The position numbers and the translations under genes were made by a program. A stretch of 64,000 bases of DNA from Asterias rubens (lineage: Eukaryota), in the NCBI RefSeq assembly GCF_902459465.1, contig NC_047068.1, positions 10,664,001-10,728,000 on the forward strand. Reading direction: 5' to 3'. The notes beneath the pieces were generated by a model, which saw nothing but the letters and a program-made list of their open reading frames with translations, did no database searches and was not told where the DNA came from. This document shows, one piece after another, positions 38,100-49,373 of this stretch; the stretch's first letter is position 1, and every line of letters starts with the position of its first letter.

Positions 38100-38410
38100 C
38101 AAGATACATAACCTGATAATGTCTGGAACAAGCTAGTCAAAACGTTGATACCAATAAAGAACTCACTCCCCGGTAGTGCAGTCAATAACGATCCTTTAAG
38201 CTAAAGTAGTAGTCCCAGCAAATTTTCTATACTTTCTGCCCAGGAAGTGGTTAAAAAGCAGGACAGTTCTTTTCAGAACTGAGAATTCTCCCGAATAATC
38301 CGAAAAATCTTTGCTGCGATAGTAGAACGTAGAAAGACAGCTCTCCAAAGAACAAAATCTACCTGGCAGGTAGGGTACACATGGTGTTACTGCAAACCAA
38401 ATACGTAAAG
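38100..38410 (+). mobile_element. Degenerate copy of the hammerhead-bearing Penelope-like repeat
   Basis: CCTGATAATGTCTGGAACAAGCTAGTCAAAACGTTGATAC (core mutated) plus the shared downstream sequence. Confidence 0.65.
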
Positions 38411-39143
38411 ATACTTATATAACAGTATTTCATCCAGCATGGAAAAAGACAGGCCTTTAATTCCTAAGACTTGCAAGAAATATTTATTTCCAAAAAACTT
38501 TTGGTTTAACTGATTCAATCTTGCCTTTTATGACGATGGTACCCCCATGGTGTTTTTGTTGTTGAGAATCAGACAAAGAATTAAAATAAGGGGGAAAATG
38601 TGGAAAAGTTTGAAGGAAAAACAGCAGCCTAGGGATTGCTCTAAAGTGAACTAGAAGAACAATCCCTGTAAAAAAATCTAAAATAACAAAAATGATTCCA
38701 ATGCCGAGAACAATGTAAGCAGCCATTCGATCGATTGAAATCTTGGTATGTCAGATAAATATACGAAGGTCCCTGGTAACACAAGTATCCCAGGTAAAGG
38801 GTAGAGTGCATTTGATTCCAGTGCCTATTGTCCCTGTTTGTAGTCGACGCCATGAAACAGGATACACTTTTCATAATTGTGGTGAATGCTAACAATGAAC
38901 CTGCCTAGCGAGTCAACAAATCATCTGCTGTTAAAACTCATCCAGCACAGGAATGCATCTTTTTATAAAGTCTCCAATCATGAATCCTTATGTATCTTAA
39001 CACAGAATCCAGCATTTAGTGGTTAAACAATTATTCATAAAGTTTAATAGACTTGTTATCTCATCATCATCTATTGACGTTATCAATTTTATATCAAAAA
39101 ACACAAAAGGAAATTTACAATCTCGTCTTTTCATTTGTTACAG

Positions 39144-42089
39144 AAATCAGAGAAAGCAAAGAGAGCCCGTTCTTACGTCCAGAGGAAATTGGCCGAGCAG
39201 GTGCAACTCAGTTCAGCCTCCCCCTCATGTACGCATACATTCAGTAGAAGAACTGAGCCCAAAACAGACACCACAACCGATGAACCGCTGCAAGATGAGA
39301 AGGCGAGAGATGGACGAGATGAAAGTCTTGAAGAGAGAGATTTCAAGTCTGTGTTGGCCACAAAACGTCGCCAGAGACAGAGGAGGAGCGTTTCTTTCAT
39401 TATTCCCAAGGAGACTCCATCTGAGAGAGACTCTCCTGACAACGGTGAGGTAGAGAAGAAAGAAGGCCATCTTGGAGATGCGGTGATAAAGAAGCAGGAG
39501 GAGCAACTTGAATCCAGAAGCAAGAGATCTTCTCTTCCTGAGCTGGCACATGCATTCGTAATGGAGGAGTCAAATGACATTAAGGTGTCAACGGTTTCAA
39601 AGGCCTCATTAATAAACGACACCTTGGGAGACTTTAAAGGAAGCACCCACACCAGGAGAGAGAACAGAGTTAGGTCCAACGAGAATATGGTTCTCATTGT
39701 ACCAGAATCACAACTTATAGAATCTGTAGGAGAAGGTTGCCCTGAGAGGGATGTCACTCCAGTAACTCTTGCTGTGTCGCATCCTCAGAACAATTCAAGA
39801 ATCAAAGCAGAGGGCAAGCTGGATCTTGACCTATCTTCTAAAAAGTTTGACAAAGACACCAAAAAGTCTACCAACATTTCGCCACTTCAAGAAGACACTC
39901 ACTACCCAAGCAATAACAACAACAACAACAACACAAACAAAATGAATGAGAAAATAGAGACCACTGAGACCGCCCTAAAGCCACCTCAAGTTGGGATAAA
40001 GAAAAGGAGAGCCAGTCGACGCAGTCTGAAAAGTTCCAGGAAACCACGTGAGCTGACTGCATCTGACATCAGCATGAAAGAGGTAGTGAAATCGCAGAGC
40101 ACAGAAGAGGGTAGTCATACCTGGATCGAGGGGCTGATGTATCCGGTGGAGTATTACGTCAGACGTACTAGAAGCATGAGCTCCAGTCAGAGCTCTCAAT
40201 GTCAGAGTCACTCGAACTCCCAAAGATACATGGACAGAAATGATTCACAAAGGGACATGGATACTCAACTGAGAACGATGGAGCAAACAGACTCTCTAAC
40301 AGATTCTACTAGATCTAAAGATTCAGTACCTCAAGCGACCACGGTAAAAGCAGCTTGTGTGCTTCAATCTGAAGTGAGCAGGAATCAACTGGAAGTAAGC
40401 CAATGTCAAATTGAACCTTGCAAGAATCTAGCAGGCACTTCCAACTTTCCCCCAATGTCGGACTCGGATTCCTTGAGATCTCAACTCTCAGAGTCTCTCC
40501 TGAAGACCTCTCTGCCAAAACCTGCAGGAAACAGACGAGACAACGATCAGGGGAAACTGTCCTGGCAAACAAAACCCAGGAAGCTTCAAAGACGGAGAGT
40601 TATTTGGAAAGGGAGTTCAAGAGCATCTTTATCAAAGAACAGCACTGACGCTCAGATCACTTTCACACCCAACCCTGAGGATAGTAAATCAAACTCTGGC
40701 CATACCGCTTCGATGCGAGAACCTCAATCATCCAGCAACACTCCGGACCTCTGTTCAGGATCTACAACAGATGATTTAAGATTAAACCCTGATTTAAGAT
40801 TAAACCCTGATACTGAAGATCACCAGAGAACAGAATCCCAACATGAACTCAATGCAGGAAGTATTCTCCACTCTCTGAGAAATCTCAGGTTGCCATGTTC
40901 AGATTTTGCTCTGCCTGACGAAGACTTTGGTACCTTGAAGGAAGCCAAATTGAAAACTCTACCAGAAGCTGGTGAAGTAGCAACATATACTTGTGAAGAC
41001 GGCAATAAGAAATTCCGTTCATCCCTACCATTGGAAAGGGAGAAAGTTAACGCCAACACATACAAAAGCGACGTCATTGACGAAAGCATCCCAGCTGAAC
41101 ACCATCAGAAAAACTTCAATGACCAATTAGTCTTAGGCCTATCACAAACAACTCAGGGTGTTTTAGTCTCAGTAACTGATGTAGTCTCAGTAACTCAGGA
41201 TGATGTAACCCCAGTAACTCATGATCATCCCATTCAAAAGCCATACCACAGCGACAAAAACATCACTGAAAACTCCACACCTGAAATGTTGCTTCCCTTG
41301 GACGACATTAATTCAGTCAAACCCCCTCTTGATTCAAGGTCTTCTGCCAGATCGTGTATCGATGGAAAGATCCAACCTGACAGTTTCCCTGTCGTAGAGT
41401 CTCCCGATAAGAACGTTCTCCACAGCCAGTTCTCGCTGACCCAGTTTCACGACAGCTGTAGCTTGGCGCTCCCGAGCGCTGGATGTACTCCAGGTTTGTC
41501 ACCAAGTTGCTCTAGAGACGATATTGACCAGGTCATCTTGACTAAAAATGTCTCACCCTCTCTTCAGGACGTAGAAAAGGCAGCTGAAGGTGAAGATTTG
41601 GACGACGGAGACCAAAAATTGGATTCATGTCTCGATGAAGGAGGGGCTGGAAGCTCATATTTACAACCTTCAGTTACTTCCCCACTCGAAGCTACCAATC
41701 GTAACTCTAGAAGCAACCAACAACAACATACTGTGTTTGTTTACCCAAACCAAACCACAAGTTCGAAGGATGGCTCAACCGACTGCTCCATTCTATCGAA
41801 AGCAGTATCAAATGAGACCGGTAACCTATCGGCTGGGGATCAACCAACAAGTGGTGTCAACGAGGGAACAAACAATGGTAGCATAACACCGCCGACAGTC
41901 CACCCAGAAGCTGTCTCTAGCAACATCCAACAAAAGTCCCCCTTTGCGGGCGGAGCTACGGGGAGTCCTTTTGGGAGGGCTGAGGAGCCTAAAGCGATGT
42001 CCCAGTGCGAGGTGGAGGTACTTAGTGAGGACAATGAGGCAGAGGAGAGGGTTACCAGACCTAATCTAGCTTCAATTGGATGCTTGAAG
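39144..42089 (+). CDS. PALB2: PALB2 giant exon (982 aa): end of coiled coil, ChAM, MRG15-binding motif, disordered linker
   Basis: ORF 39135-42098. Acceptor ttacAG, donor AAG|GTACAC. ChAM at about 40126-40182, DFALPDEDFG at 40902-40931. Confidence 0.92.
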
Positions 42090-42410
42090 GTACACTGACT
42101 ATTATTGAATTCTGACAATCTTCGGTTACAATCCGGCCAAAGCTGGTTATTTGTCGTTTTGAGATGAAAGACAGAGTGTGAATTATTTTTTTAGAAAGGA
42201 TTCCCTTTGGGGTAATAATAGTTTGAATAATTTGTTCTCCCCAAAGCTTTGACAAATACAGTTGTATATTTTGCGAAACAAATTCCAACACGCGGCTGAC
42301 GTGAACGTATACAGTTATCATATCCGTATCTGTGTCCGCACGCTTGCGAAACCTCTCTAATGATGCAGGGCAAAGACTTAAACCGTACATCCAACATTTA
42401 TCCTACTCAG

Positions 42411-42584
42411 CTTGATCTTCCATGGGAGCAGTCACCCGCCCTCAGGGATATAACAAGCGGTGTGGTGAACCTAGATGAAGAGACAAGTATTCTGGCCCTC
42501 GTTTACCAATGCACACTAGTTTTCTGGCTGTATTACGGAGGCACACAAGAGTGGAAGATGCTACAGGCTTGGGTTATACCTCAG
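42411..42584 (+). CDS. PALB2: PALB2 WD40 exon (LDLPWEQ...EWKMLQAWVIPQ)
   Basis: actcAG ... CAG|GTAAGG, 174 nt. Confidence 0.85.
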
Positions 42585-43161
42585 GTAAGGTGATATGGCC
42601 AAGGAATATGTTGCTAAGCAAAATACAGGTTACCAGCCAAGATACCATGTAATGTGTATTGCTTGTGCCTGGTTCCCTGTAAAATTTTGCTAAGTAGAAA
42701 CAGGTTACTGGTCAAATTACCATGTAATGTATTCTGTTTGTGACTGGTTCCCCGTAAATTTTTGCTAAGCAGAAGCACAATTTTGTTGTTGTCAAACAGC
42801 TTTATAAACTTGGGCCCTGTTTGTGCACACTTATGAAAAAAAAGCCACAGAGACAGAAACAACAGGCCATTAAATATTTTGCGCAACTATAAAAAAGACA
42901 CATAAACATTCCAAATTCCTCCAAAAAAGGAGTAGGTGTCTCACATACCACACAGGAAAATTCTGTATTGTTAAAGCGCCTTGAGCGTCGCTGAGTAAGG
43001 GTTATGCGCGTTATATAAGAAGCCAATATTATTATTATTATTATTAATAATAATGATCAGTATCCTGGTGTAAACCGAGAAAGGTGTTAAAGATTTTGGT
43101 TGATTTAAATTGGGACAAACCACTCATTTGATTATTTTTTTTTGTAATTATACATTTTTAG

Positions 43162-43256
43162 GATGAGGAGTTCATCTTGTTGAAGTTTTTGTCGTGCAGT
43201 AAACAGAACGAAGTGACTTTGGTTGTCGCCGGGAAATTTGCCTCTTGCGCTCTCAG
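43162..43256 (+). CDS. PALB2: PALB2 WD40 exon (DEEFILLKFLSC...SCALR)
   Basis: ttttAG ... AG|GTATGA, 95 nt, ends in phase 2. Confidence 0.8.
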
Positions 43257-43339
43257 GTATGATCTACTTAAAACACATCTTCGATATTTTGTTTCATCTT
43301 GTTCTTTAAGATATACGGATAAAAGTTAAGCTCTGTGAA

Positions 43340-43611
43340 CAGTTTGTCGTCGAAGTTGTAAGAGAATAATGACAGAAAAAACACCCTTGTTGCACAAGTT
43401 TGTGTGCTTTCAGATGCCTAGAAAAGGCTTCAGGCCTGAAGTCTGTTAATGATTGAATGAGAAATTAACTCTTTCTCAAAAACTACGTTACTTCAGAGGG
43501 AGCAGTTTCTTACAATGTTTTATACCATCAACAGCTCTCGATTGCTTATTAACAGGTCAGTTTTTATGCTAACAATTATTTTTGAGTAATTACCAATAGT
43601 GTCCAGTGCCT
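43340..43611 (-). mobile_element. TTAA-type MITE family A, partial
   Basis: Ends TAATTACCAATAGTGTCCAGTGCCT-TTAA. Confidence 0.8.
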
Positions 43612-43644
43612 TTAATGCTAACCTATTGTGGAAAAACAATTTAA

Positions 43645-44120
43645 AAAAATTAAGTGTGAACCTATCCCAGTTATTTAACGGTTTAGTTCCTCAACTTCAT
43701 TGTAAACTGTAGTTACAGCAATAACTGGTGGTTTCTTGTGTGATATTGACACGCAGCGCATTAATAACATCTATGAGTTGGATGTGAACCTATGCCAGTC
43801 ATTTGACAACCAAGTGCCTCAACTCCAATGTAGTAAAACCAATAATTGGTGTTTTCTCATATGATATTGACATATGTAGTACACACCAAAGTTAAATATA
43901 TGAGTTAAATGTGAACCTATTCCAGTCGCTTGATGTTTAAGTGCCTAATACCTTCAGTGTAGTAATATTAAAAAATTGGTGTGCATGTTGTTTCGTGTAG
44001 GATATTGACATGTACCACATTGACAGAAAATCTGATTTGAATTCGAACCTCTCCCAGTCATTTGATGATCAAGTGCCTCACCTTTGATGTTTCATTAGCA
44101 ATGCCCTGATTTGACTCTAA
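43645..44120 (+). pseudogene. Tandem decayed copies of the acceptor and 5' part of PALB2 exon 44151-44333
   Basis: GATATTGAC at 43742, 43863, 44001 and 44151 (real exon). GTGAACCT at 43656, 43784, 43911 and 44197 (real exon). Confidence 0.75.
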
Positions 44121-44150
44121 CTGGTGTGTGTGTGTGTGGTTTCTGTGTAG

Positions 44151-44333
44151 GATATTGACATTTGACACATTGACGGAGGACTGTCAGCAGTTGGATGTGA
44201 ACCTGCCGCAGTCAGTGGAGGCTCAGATGCCTTATCTTCTATGTCCTACTAGTGAACAGGATTTCATTGTTGCAGTCAAGGATGTCAAGAATAAGACCAC
44301 TGTGTTTTCCGTCCAAGTTTCCACAGAATCAAG
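44151..44333 (+). CDS. PALB2: PALB2 WD40 exon (ILTFDTLTEDCQQLDVNLP...STESR)
   Basis: gtgtAG ... AG|GTGAAC, 183 nt, phase 2 to 2. Confidence 0.82.
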
Positions 44334-44505
44334 GTGAACAGACTTCCCCTACTGATACCCCCCCCCTAATTTCACACTTGTCTTTTTTTATGGGGGGGGG
44401 GGGTCTAGTTTGCCGATTTATATTTTAAGAATAATACAAAGAACTTAAATTAGTGCTTTATTACACGTGCATTTATCAAAGCACTCAATTTTTTTTTTTT
44501 TTCAG

Positions 44506-44625
44506 GGATGTGCATTTAGTCGAATTAGCCACTGGATCCAGCAGGGAGTTGACATCATTACTGAAAGTTGAAGAAACTGCCGGGATTGTCATGGCAACCA
44601 CATCAAGTAATCACATACTTTTATG
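44506..44625 (+). CDS. PALB2: PALB2 WD40 exon (DVHLVELA...TTSSNHILLW)
   Basis: Poly-T cAG ... TG|GTAAGA, 120 nt. Aligns to human LLGTTIMNNIVIW. Confidence 0.87.
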
Positions 44626-44929
44626 GTAAGAACACCACATATTGTTTTGGTTGACACCTTTGCTGTTTGAGGGCAGTTTGGGGTCCTGTGACGTCACATG
44701 CAAGAGGTCTAATCACCCCTTGCGCTGTCAGCCATTTTTGTGTATAAAAAAAACTAGAATTGCAGACAGCAGTGAATAGGAAGATTATATAACTCTGTGT
44801 TGTCACAGACATCACACTTGATTGTATATTAGTTTGAATTAAAAAATAATTGATATATTTTAGTATTTAGTAACATTCTGCTCCTTCAGAGACAAAATTC
44901 CAAGCCCGATATTTGGTGAACAGCAATGA

Positions 44930-45260
44930 CAACTATTGATTGGTATTTACTTAAAATAATTGTTGCCATAAAAACTTACTTGGTAATGAGCAACAGAGAG
45001 CTGTCGATAGTATAAAGCATTGTGAGAAATGGCTCCCTCTGAAGTAACGTAGTTTTTGACTCAAATATTAAAAAACTTCATTATGCATCTGGAAGCACAC
45101 AAAGTTATGTAACAAGGGTGTTTTTTCATTCATTATTCTCTCGCAATTTCAATGACCAATTGAGTCAAAATTTTCACAGGTTTGTTTAAGTTATGCATAT
45201 GTTTGGATACACCAAGTGATATTACTGGTCTTTGACAACAACCAATTGTGTCCAGTGCCT
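44930..45260 (+). mobile_element. TTAA-type MITE family A, partial
   Basis: Shared internal GCTCCCTCTGAAGTAAC; ends GTGTCCAGTGCCT. Confidence 0.8.
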
Positions 45261-45283
45261 TAAAGAAATCTGTTATTTTGAAG

Positions 45284-45377
45284 GTGTCTGAAGACAGATC
45301 AGCTGCTTAAAGAAGTCCTGATCAAACCAGTGACAAATGGAAGCCGTGTGTCGTGTTTGGAAGCAGTTGCTGAAGCG
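45284..45377 (+). CDS. PALB2: PALB2 WD40 exon (CLKTDQLLKEV...AVAEA)
   Basis: tttgaAG ... GCG|GTAAGC, 94 nt. Aligns to human NLKTGQLLKKM. Confidence 0.87.
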
Positions 45378-45394
45378 GTAAGCACTGATTCTAA

Positions 45395-45558
45395 CAGGCC
45401 TGATACTTCACGGAGGCAACGAAGGCGATTGCCTCCGTTGCCTTGGTGTCCTTGACATGCTCTGATAGAAATGAACAATGTCCTCATAGGGTGCCCTTTA
45501 CCAAGTAAAAAAATGCCTTGGTGCCCTTGCACTTTTAAAAACGAAGCCTGCAGGCCTG
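45395..45558 (+). mobile_element. Short hAT-like element (CAGGCCTG termini)
   Basis: Flanks TTCTAA/TTCTTA. Same terminal sequence as the element ending at 4807. Confidence 0.7.
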
Positions 45559-46097
45559 TTCTTATAAATGGGTACCCCTGAGGGTACATGCCACGGCAGC
45601 TCGGGGCTGTTTACTCTCCAGGGAGCTGAGAAAGATTGGCCCGATGACCAAGAGCATCAGATCTACCTGACTAAATCCGGGTTCATACTTCCTGGGAACA
45701 TATATGTGATACGAATTTTGATGTAAATATTCGCACAAATAGTTCGCATCTACTCCTGCGAAACCTTCACTGTAAAACAGCCATGTGACGTCATAATTTG
45801 CTTTAGTATTCTGACAATGAGTAAAATTGAAAGGAGTTTCTCAATTTACCAAAATATTTTTGACCGCATGAGGGCGCTTTCATCAACGAATGGTCTTGCA
45901 TCACAATTTAAGGGTTTCATCTTATTTTAATTGCCTGTTTGAGTTTTCTTGCATCAGTGAACAAAAAACATAAACATGGACTGCGATGTTTGAATGTTTA
46001 CTTAACCAACAATAATAATAATTAATAATAATTGAAACTGGTCGGCGAATTCCTGCAAAATAAAATGCCATATTTCTTTCTCCATACATCTCTTTAG

Positions 46098-46255
46098 GGT
46101 TTGTTATTTCTAATTCTTGTGTACCAAGAGGACAACAGTGATTTAGAAGTAAAGTGTAACAGCAGCATTGGTGCTATGGTAGCGTTCAACCCACACACGA
46201 ACAAGATGCTGAAATTGATGGACTACAACGTCCCGAATCAACATAAAAATGCCAG
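46098..46255 (+). CDS. PALB2: PALB2 WD40 exon (GLLFLILV...AFNPHTNK...KNAR)
   Basis: ctttAG ... AG|GTATGG, 158 nt. Aligns to human GLLFIVLS...VINPKT. Confidence 0.88.
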
Positions 46256-46399
46256 GTATGGTGATGTACTGGTAACATTCTGTTTCTAGAATGTTCTTTA
46301 ATAATTTGGGGGGGGGGGCTAATCATCCTTACTCGCAGCTAAGAGCTGAATTGCGAAGGACGCGGCTACAACGTGTTCGAGAAGCTGGCATGCAAGGGC

Positions 46400-46625
46400 G
46401 CCTTTGGCTGCCAGCCACATCAACCCATTATGACCACGGAGCACAGCCAAAGATCGAAAGTGTTTGATTTTTTTTTCCAAGGGAGGAAAACCGTATGGTA
46501 TGGAAAACCCTCGTGGCACAGCAGAGAACCAACGCACAACTCAACTCACATATGGCCCGGCCGGGAAACGAACCAGGGTCACCTTGGTGAGAGGCGAGCA
46601 CTTTACGCACAAGCCAGCCATCTTA
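46400..46625 (-). mobile_element. tRNA-derived SINE with V/Meta-like central domain
   Basis: tRNA-like head with GGTTCGTTTCCC, then GTGAGTTGAG...GGTTCTC...GAGGGTTTT...CGGTTTTCCTCCC. Confidence 0.6.
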
Positions 46626-46978
46626 TATGGGATTTGAGGCATTGCATGGCGAGGTATCAATACATATTTGGTTTGCGCTAACACCATGTGTGTATCTACT
46701 TGCCAGGTAGATAGTAACTACTGACTGAAATCGACCGGGACTACTACTTTCGCCGATTATTTAGTGGATCAAGGGGACTTTTAACTTCAATATCATCACT
46801 CAACATTTCAACAAGCCTGGTCTGCATATTCACAGTATTTTTATGTCCACAAATCAACATCAAGTTATCCTCGTTAAGTTGCCGAACACGATTGCAACGG
46901 GTAACAGACTAGAAATAGGAATCAGAAGAGCAGACCACCTTTAAAACATTACAATTATTTTGTCTCTTTTTGTTTCAG

Positions 46979-47183
46979 TCTTGTAGATGGGGTTTTATAC
47001 AACGCCACTCTCATGGCCAAACTGTCTGATGGCAGCCTCCACCAATTGGAGACCTCCACAGGGAACCTACTGAATTATTTATCAGGCAATCCAACCAATC
47101 AAAGCCTCTGGAGTGCCCAACTCTGCAATTCACAGGTGGTCTTAATTGGAACTGCCCAACACCTGGAGATGTATAATGAATAA
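46979..47183 (+). CDS. PALB2: PALB2 last coding exon (LVDGVLYNATLMAKLSDGSL...HLEMYNE*)
   Basis: tttcAG, 205 nt to TAA. Similar in length and hydrophobic pattern to the human last exon. Confidence 0.82.
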
Positions 47184-49249
47184 TTCATGAGTGTACTGGC
47201 CAATACATGGAGATGTATAAAATGAATATCCATGAGCGGGAGGCGGCTGCACATTCAATACACAAGTCTTGTTTTGTTTACACAAAGAAATGACAAAAAC
47301 TCCAAAATGCAAAGAGACTCATTTTTGTTCAAGTTTAATTAGAATCAGAATATCATATTATAATTTGTTTCTTTATGCACAATGAAATCACCATTCTTTA
47401 TATACCTATCACTACCTAGAAGCTGATGAAAGTATCATTTTCACAAGTATGCATGACAACGAAATAGAACACATCAGGGAGTCAAAACACATGTTTTTCT
47501 CTCCAAGCAAAACAACATCCAGATTTTATATCATGTAAAATGATAGCACTTTTATTCGCCAGCTTGTAACCTGTGAGAATCCAGGCCGTATCCGAATAGG
47601 CGACTATAGCTACGGCTACGGCTGTTGCTAAGTGTGTTGCTAAGGACGTCCTATACTTCAAAGCATGTTGACGTAGAAATCAAGCTGTAGCCTTAGCTGT
47701 AGCCGCTACTTGGGACCACAGCCTTATTTTCAAGATGGCAGCCTCCAATTCAGTTCACAATAACAGTGCATCGTCATGCACAACTGACATTATATATTCT
47801 AACTTGTTCAATCATCTTTAACCAGTTTATTTTTTTCTTTTCAACTAGCCTAAACATAGAATCTTCTTCGTGGTATCAAAAATAATTTTTAAGATTAAAC
47901 AATAATTTCATATTTTGTTGATTTATGTGACTCACTCTTTTAACAAATAATTTACAAGCTCTCCGTCTTTCATGATGTCGATTGATTTGAAATGTGTTTT
48001 CAATTGGGCAATCTCCAGCAAACGCTGGTCTCCCAAATGGACGTAAAAGCCCAACTTGGAATTCCACCAAATTAAAGATGCATCCTTGTAAAAATCATAC
48101 TAAACAGTCCCAATGTGAAATTCATAAATGGACAAATCTCAAACTTAAAAATATCTATAACTATTGTAAGCATAGAATATTAAAATAATTAAATCCAAAA
48201 TATAAACAACCCAGTAAATATACTCCTTCATATTTATTTAATTTACAGCACTTACTTTAGATCCGCAACCAACTCCGACCAAAGCCGTACACAGAAGAAA
48301 AAAAATTAGAACTTCAAGATATGTATCGTTAAATATTGTAGAAATTTGTGGTATAATTTTTCAATAATTATTATACACTTTCTAAAACTGCAGAGGCGAA
48401 TAAAAAAGTCTAAATCCTAACGATGCTATATTTGTTATTTATTGGTATAATCTTTTATACACATTCATGGATATAAATGAAGAAGTAACTTTTTCTATCG
48501 AGCTACAGACAATCTTAAATGGTTTCGACAACCACAGGCATGCATTGAAAGAAAGTGCAGATTTTATACAAAGCCTTTACGTATATAATTGTTGTCTGTA
48601 TACGTACAAATGTACAACACCTCCCCAACCCTAAACCAAATCAGAAGAAAAAAACTCAAACGGAAATGTGAAAATACTCCATGGCATAAAGAGGGAACAT
48701 TTGACTTTGAGGAGAAACTTATACCAAGTAAATCAGCCAATTCCTATGTTTAACACAAAGAAACCTTTTCAACTTAAAAGCTGGTCCTAAGTATAAGAGC
48801 AGGTTACAGAGTTGGAGAACCAGAACAAAATGGTTGCTTACATACCGTGAAATCAGAATTTGCTCTTTTAGGTATAAATATGATGAAGAGAAAAGAGTAC
48901 ATGTACTAGGGTCAAACTCTGCACGTTTATGTAGGCTGGTAAATGCATAGAATTACAGCAGTACTGTACTACATGTTGATATATATTATTCAATGAGATT
49001 AGCCATGGCTCACACATACAAGTGTTAATACACCTGCAACAACTGCAACTTTTATTTTTGCAACAGCTCCCATTGGTTTTGTACACGTTTTCCAACTGTG
49101 GACCTTTCCGGAACCGTGGACCCTATTGTCCTCTTTTGCTATAGGTTCCCGGTTTGAATGTGTATACCTACTATGTGCACTTTGTGGGGCATTTATAAAC
49201 AAACTATCCCAAAACAGGATATACTTCTACCGTGATTGGGAGTCTTAAT

Positions 49250-49373
49250 GCCGTGTTTGAAATGGTGATAACTTCAGCTACAGGTAAAGCTAGATCCGCG
49301 CGTCTGCACGTGTTGAAGAATAGACAGATGAGCTGGATTTAGCCGTAGCCAAAGTCACCGTTTCAGACACGGC
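49250..49373. mobile_element. Harbinger-like palindromic MITE
   Basis: TIR GCCGTGTTTGAAATGGTGA / TCACCGTTTCAGACACGGC. A more decayed relative lies at about 47583-47723. Confidence 0.6.

Larger units (their letters stand above)
37438..47183 (+). other. PALB2: PALB2 (partner and localizer of BRCA2) gene span, 10 coding exons, 4065 nt (1354 aa; 1366 aa with the upstream exon)
   Basis: N-terminal coiled coil, ChAM core EGLMYPVEYYVRRTRSMS, DFALPDEDFG motif, and C-terminal WD40 exons aligning with vertebrate PALB2. Phases are consistent throughout. Confidence 0.9.

Noticed and set aside
39173-39757. 194-aa minus-strand ORF and other ORFs overlapping the PALB2 giant exon
   Set aside because: These are antisense or off-frame shadows of a long coding exon, with no splice signals or recognisable domain.
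42470-42490. LDEETS as a KEAP1-binding LDEETGE motif
   Set aside because: It lacks the essential GE and lies in a WD40 exon, not the N-terminal region.
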